Shown in pieces: positions 62,921-64,000 of a stretch of DNA of 64,000 nucleotides; the first letter of the stretch is position 1, and every line of letters begins with the position of its first letter. A program made the translations under genes and the position numbers. Where the stretch lies: positions 1,984,001 through 2,048,000 of the forward strand of contig CAVSHF010000003.1 in the NCBI GenBank assembly GCA_963727805.1, in the 5' to 3' direction. The stretch comes from an uncultured Nitrospiraceae bacterium. Lineage in GTDB: Bacteria; Nitrospirota; Thermodesulfovibrionia; Thermodesulfovibrionales; Dissulfurispiraceae. Under the pieces are notes generated by a model that saw only the letters and a program-made list of their open reading frames with translations, was not told the DNA's origin and ran no database searches.

Positions 62921-62998
62921 TTGCCAGACCGGCAATCCATTGAAACCAAAGGATCCGTATTTTTGTGCCCTATCCTTGCGGGCAGGTAGCCTTTTCAA
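62921..62998 (-). promoter_or_regulatory. Divergent c-di-GMP-I (GEMM)-like riboswitch
   Basis: - strand GAAAAGGCTACCTGCCCGCAAGGATAGGGCACAAAAATACGGATCC..GGATTGCCGGTCTGGCAA aligns with the canonical copy at 29046. Confidence 0.55.
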
Positions 62999-63106
62999 AA
63001 CTCAGTTTTCTGAGAGCAAGACTGATTAATCTTGTGATTATGTCCTATCTTAAAGAAACTTTATTAAGAGAAGATTAGTAAATTATTAATTTTTCTTAAT
63101 GGAGCA

Positions 63107-63122
63107 TGTGACACAAATCACA
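63107..63122. promoter_or_regulatory. Perfect CRP consensus site
   Basis: TGTGA-cacaaa-TCACA upstream of the Crp gene. Confidence 0.7.
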
Positions 63123-63394
63123 AAAAGTGGATGCCCGCTAAGACAGGCTTAGTCAGATACGAATAGTTTCCCGTCGCTCATTTAATTCTTTGCCGAAATG
63201 TTCACCCTTTTTCCACATTTACGTGTCTGGTAACTTTGGTTTGAAGAACTGAAACTAAGTCAACGGGAACCCTTAGACGGAAATAGTAATGCTTGTTTCT
63301 TTATGCATGGTAAACGCTCCGTGTGTCTCAATTTGCGTCCATTCCCGGAAGCGTTAAAGAAAAACGTATTGATTTAGAATCAGAAAGGAGTGGT

Positions 63395-63470
63395 TGGTGG
63401 ACGGTAAGGGGATCGAACCCTCGGCCTCCACGTTGCGAACGTGGCGCTCTCCCAGCTGAGCTAACCGCCC
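63395..63470 (-). tRNA. tRNA-Ala (anticodon CGC)
   Basis: GGGCGGTTAGCTCAGCTGGGAGAGCGCCACGTTCGCAACGTGGAGGCCGAGGGTTCGATCCCCTTACCGTCCACCA; G3:U70; encoded CCA. Confidence 0.97.
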
Positions 63471-63604
63471 TCCTAGAGGCTGTTCAGGACTTGAGCAGAC
63501 CGTCTTGAAGCATCTCTATTATAGCATTATTGGGCCCCCATGGGGTCAACCCTAATCGAGAACATTTGTCTTCAACCAGCCCGATCATTTAATATAAATG
63601 TCTT

Positions 63605-64000
63605 ATGGATCTATTTGTTCGCGACTACAAACTGGGCGCATTTCCGCTTATCGCAGGCATTCTGACGGACAGGGACTACCCTCCTGCCGACAGCGATGAA
63701 ATGAATGCTGTCGATATTATCGAGCTGCGTGTGGATATGTTCGGTTCGGCAGAGACTGATCACGTAAAAGACGTGTTCAAGGAAGTGAGGACCCGCTATA
63801 ACAAGCCCGTTCTTGCAACTGTGCGGGATCTGCCTGAAGGGGGCGAGAAAGAGATCACTGGTCGCCTTGATGTTTACCGAGGCATTATTCCATTGTCTGA
63901 CCTGGTGGATGTAGAGATTCAGTCAGGGGAACTCTTTCCCCAGGTCAAAAGACTCTGTTCCACCTTCAAAAAAATCCTCATCGGGTCATACCACAATTTC
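63605..64000 (+). CDS. aroD: Type I 3-dehydroquinate dehydratase (3'-truncated by window edge)
   Basis: DIIELRVD, LATVR..EGG, VDVE, IGSYHNF. Confidence 0.88.
   Translation, partial: MDLFVRDYKLGAFPLIAGILTDRDYPPADSDEMNAVDIIELRVDMFGSAETDHVKDVFKEVRTRYNKPVLATVRDLPEGGEKEITGRLDVYRGIIPLSDLVDVEIQSGELFPQVKRLCSTFKKILIGSYHNF

Noticed and set aside
59600..63395. Genomic island integrated at tRNA-Ala
   Set aside because: No integrase and no duplicate of the tRNA 3' end seen in the window

Overview
Bacterial chromosomal window; gene content suggests a Nitrospirota/Desulfobacterota-like anaerobe (inference). (i) ~1-32 kb is an accessory exopolysaccharide/biofilm region: the end of an EPS cluster, two tandemly duplicated giant repeat adhesins with different stalks, a third repeat surface protein behind a c-di-GMP-I riboswitch, a nucleotide-sugar dehydrogenase, galE, an outer-membrane beta-barrel and many IS remnants. 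It also holds an IS607 element (tnpA+tnpB) whose tnpB is split by a 639-nt ORF-less class D-like group II intron; the EBS/IBS pairings are intact and splicing would restore the RuvC-III catalytic motif. (ii) ~32-41.8 kb is housekeeping: YkgJ, a hidden UGA-containing dual-CxxC selenoprotein candidate, arfB, GH108, lutABC, uvrD/pcrA and a HAMP-GGDEF with a Hypr-like Ser. (iii) 41.9-59.6 kb is a cobalamin-riboswitch-led cobamide operon (bzaF, cobUTSC, cbiP/B, cobD, cbiA, cbiX-cbiC, cbiMNQO, cobO, cbiD, cbiET). (iv) The end has an FN3/TSP1-like secreted protein, a Crp-family regulator with a variant GEMM-like leader, tRNA-Ala(CGC) and partial aroD. CRP-type palindromes link the Crp gene to three surface-protein promoters. 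All family calls come from recognising motifs by eye; no searches were run.
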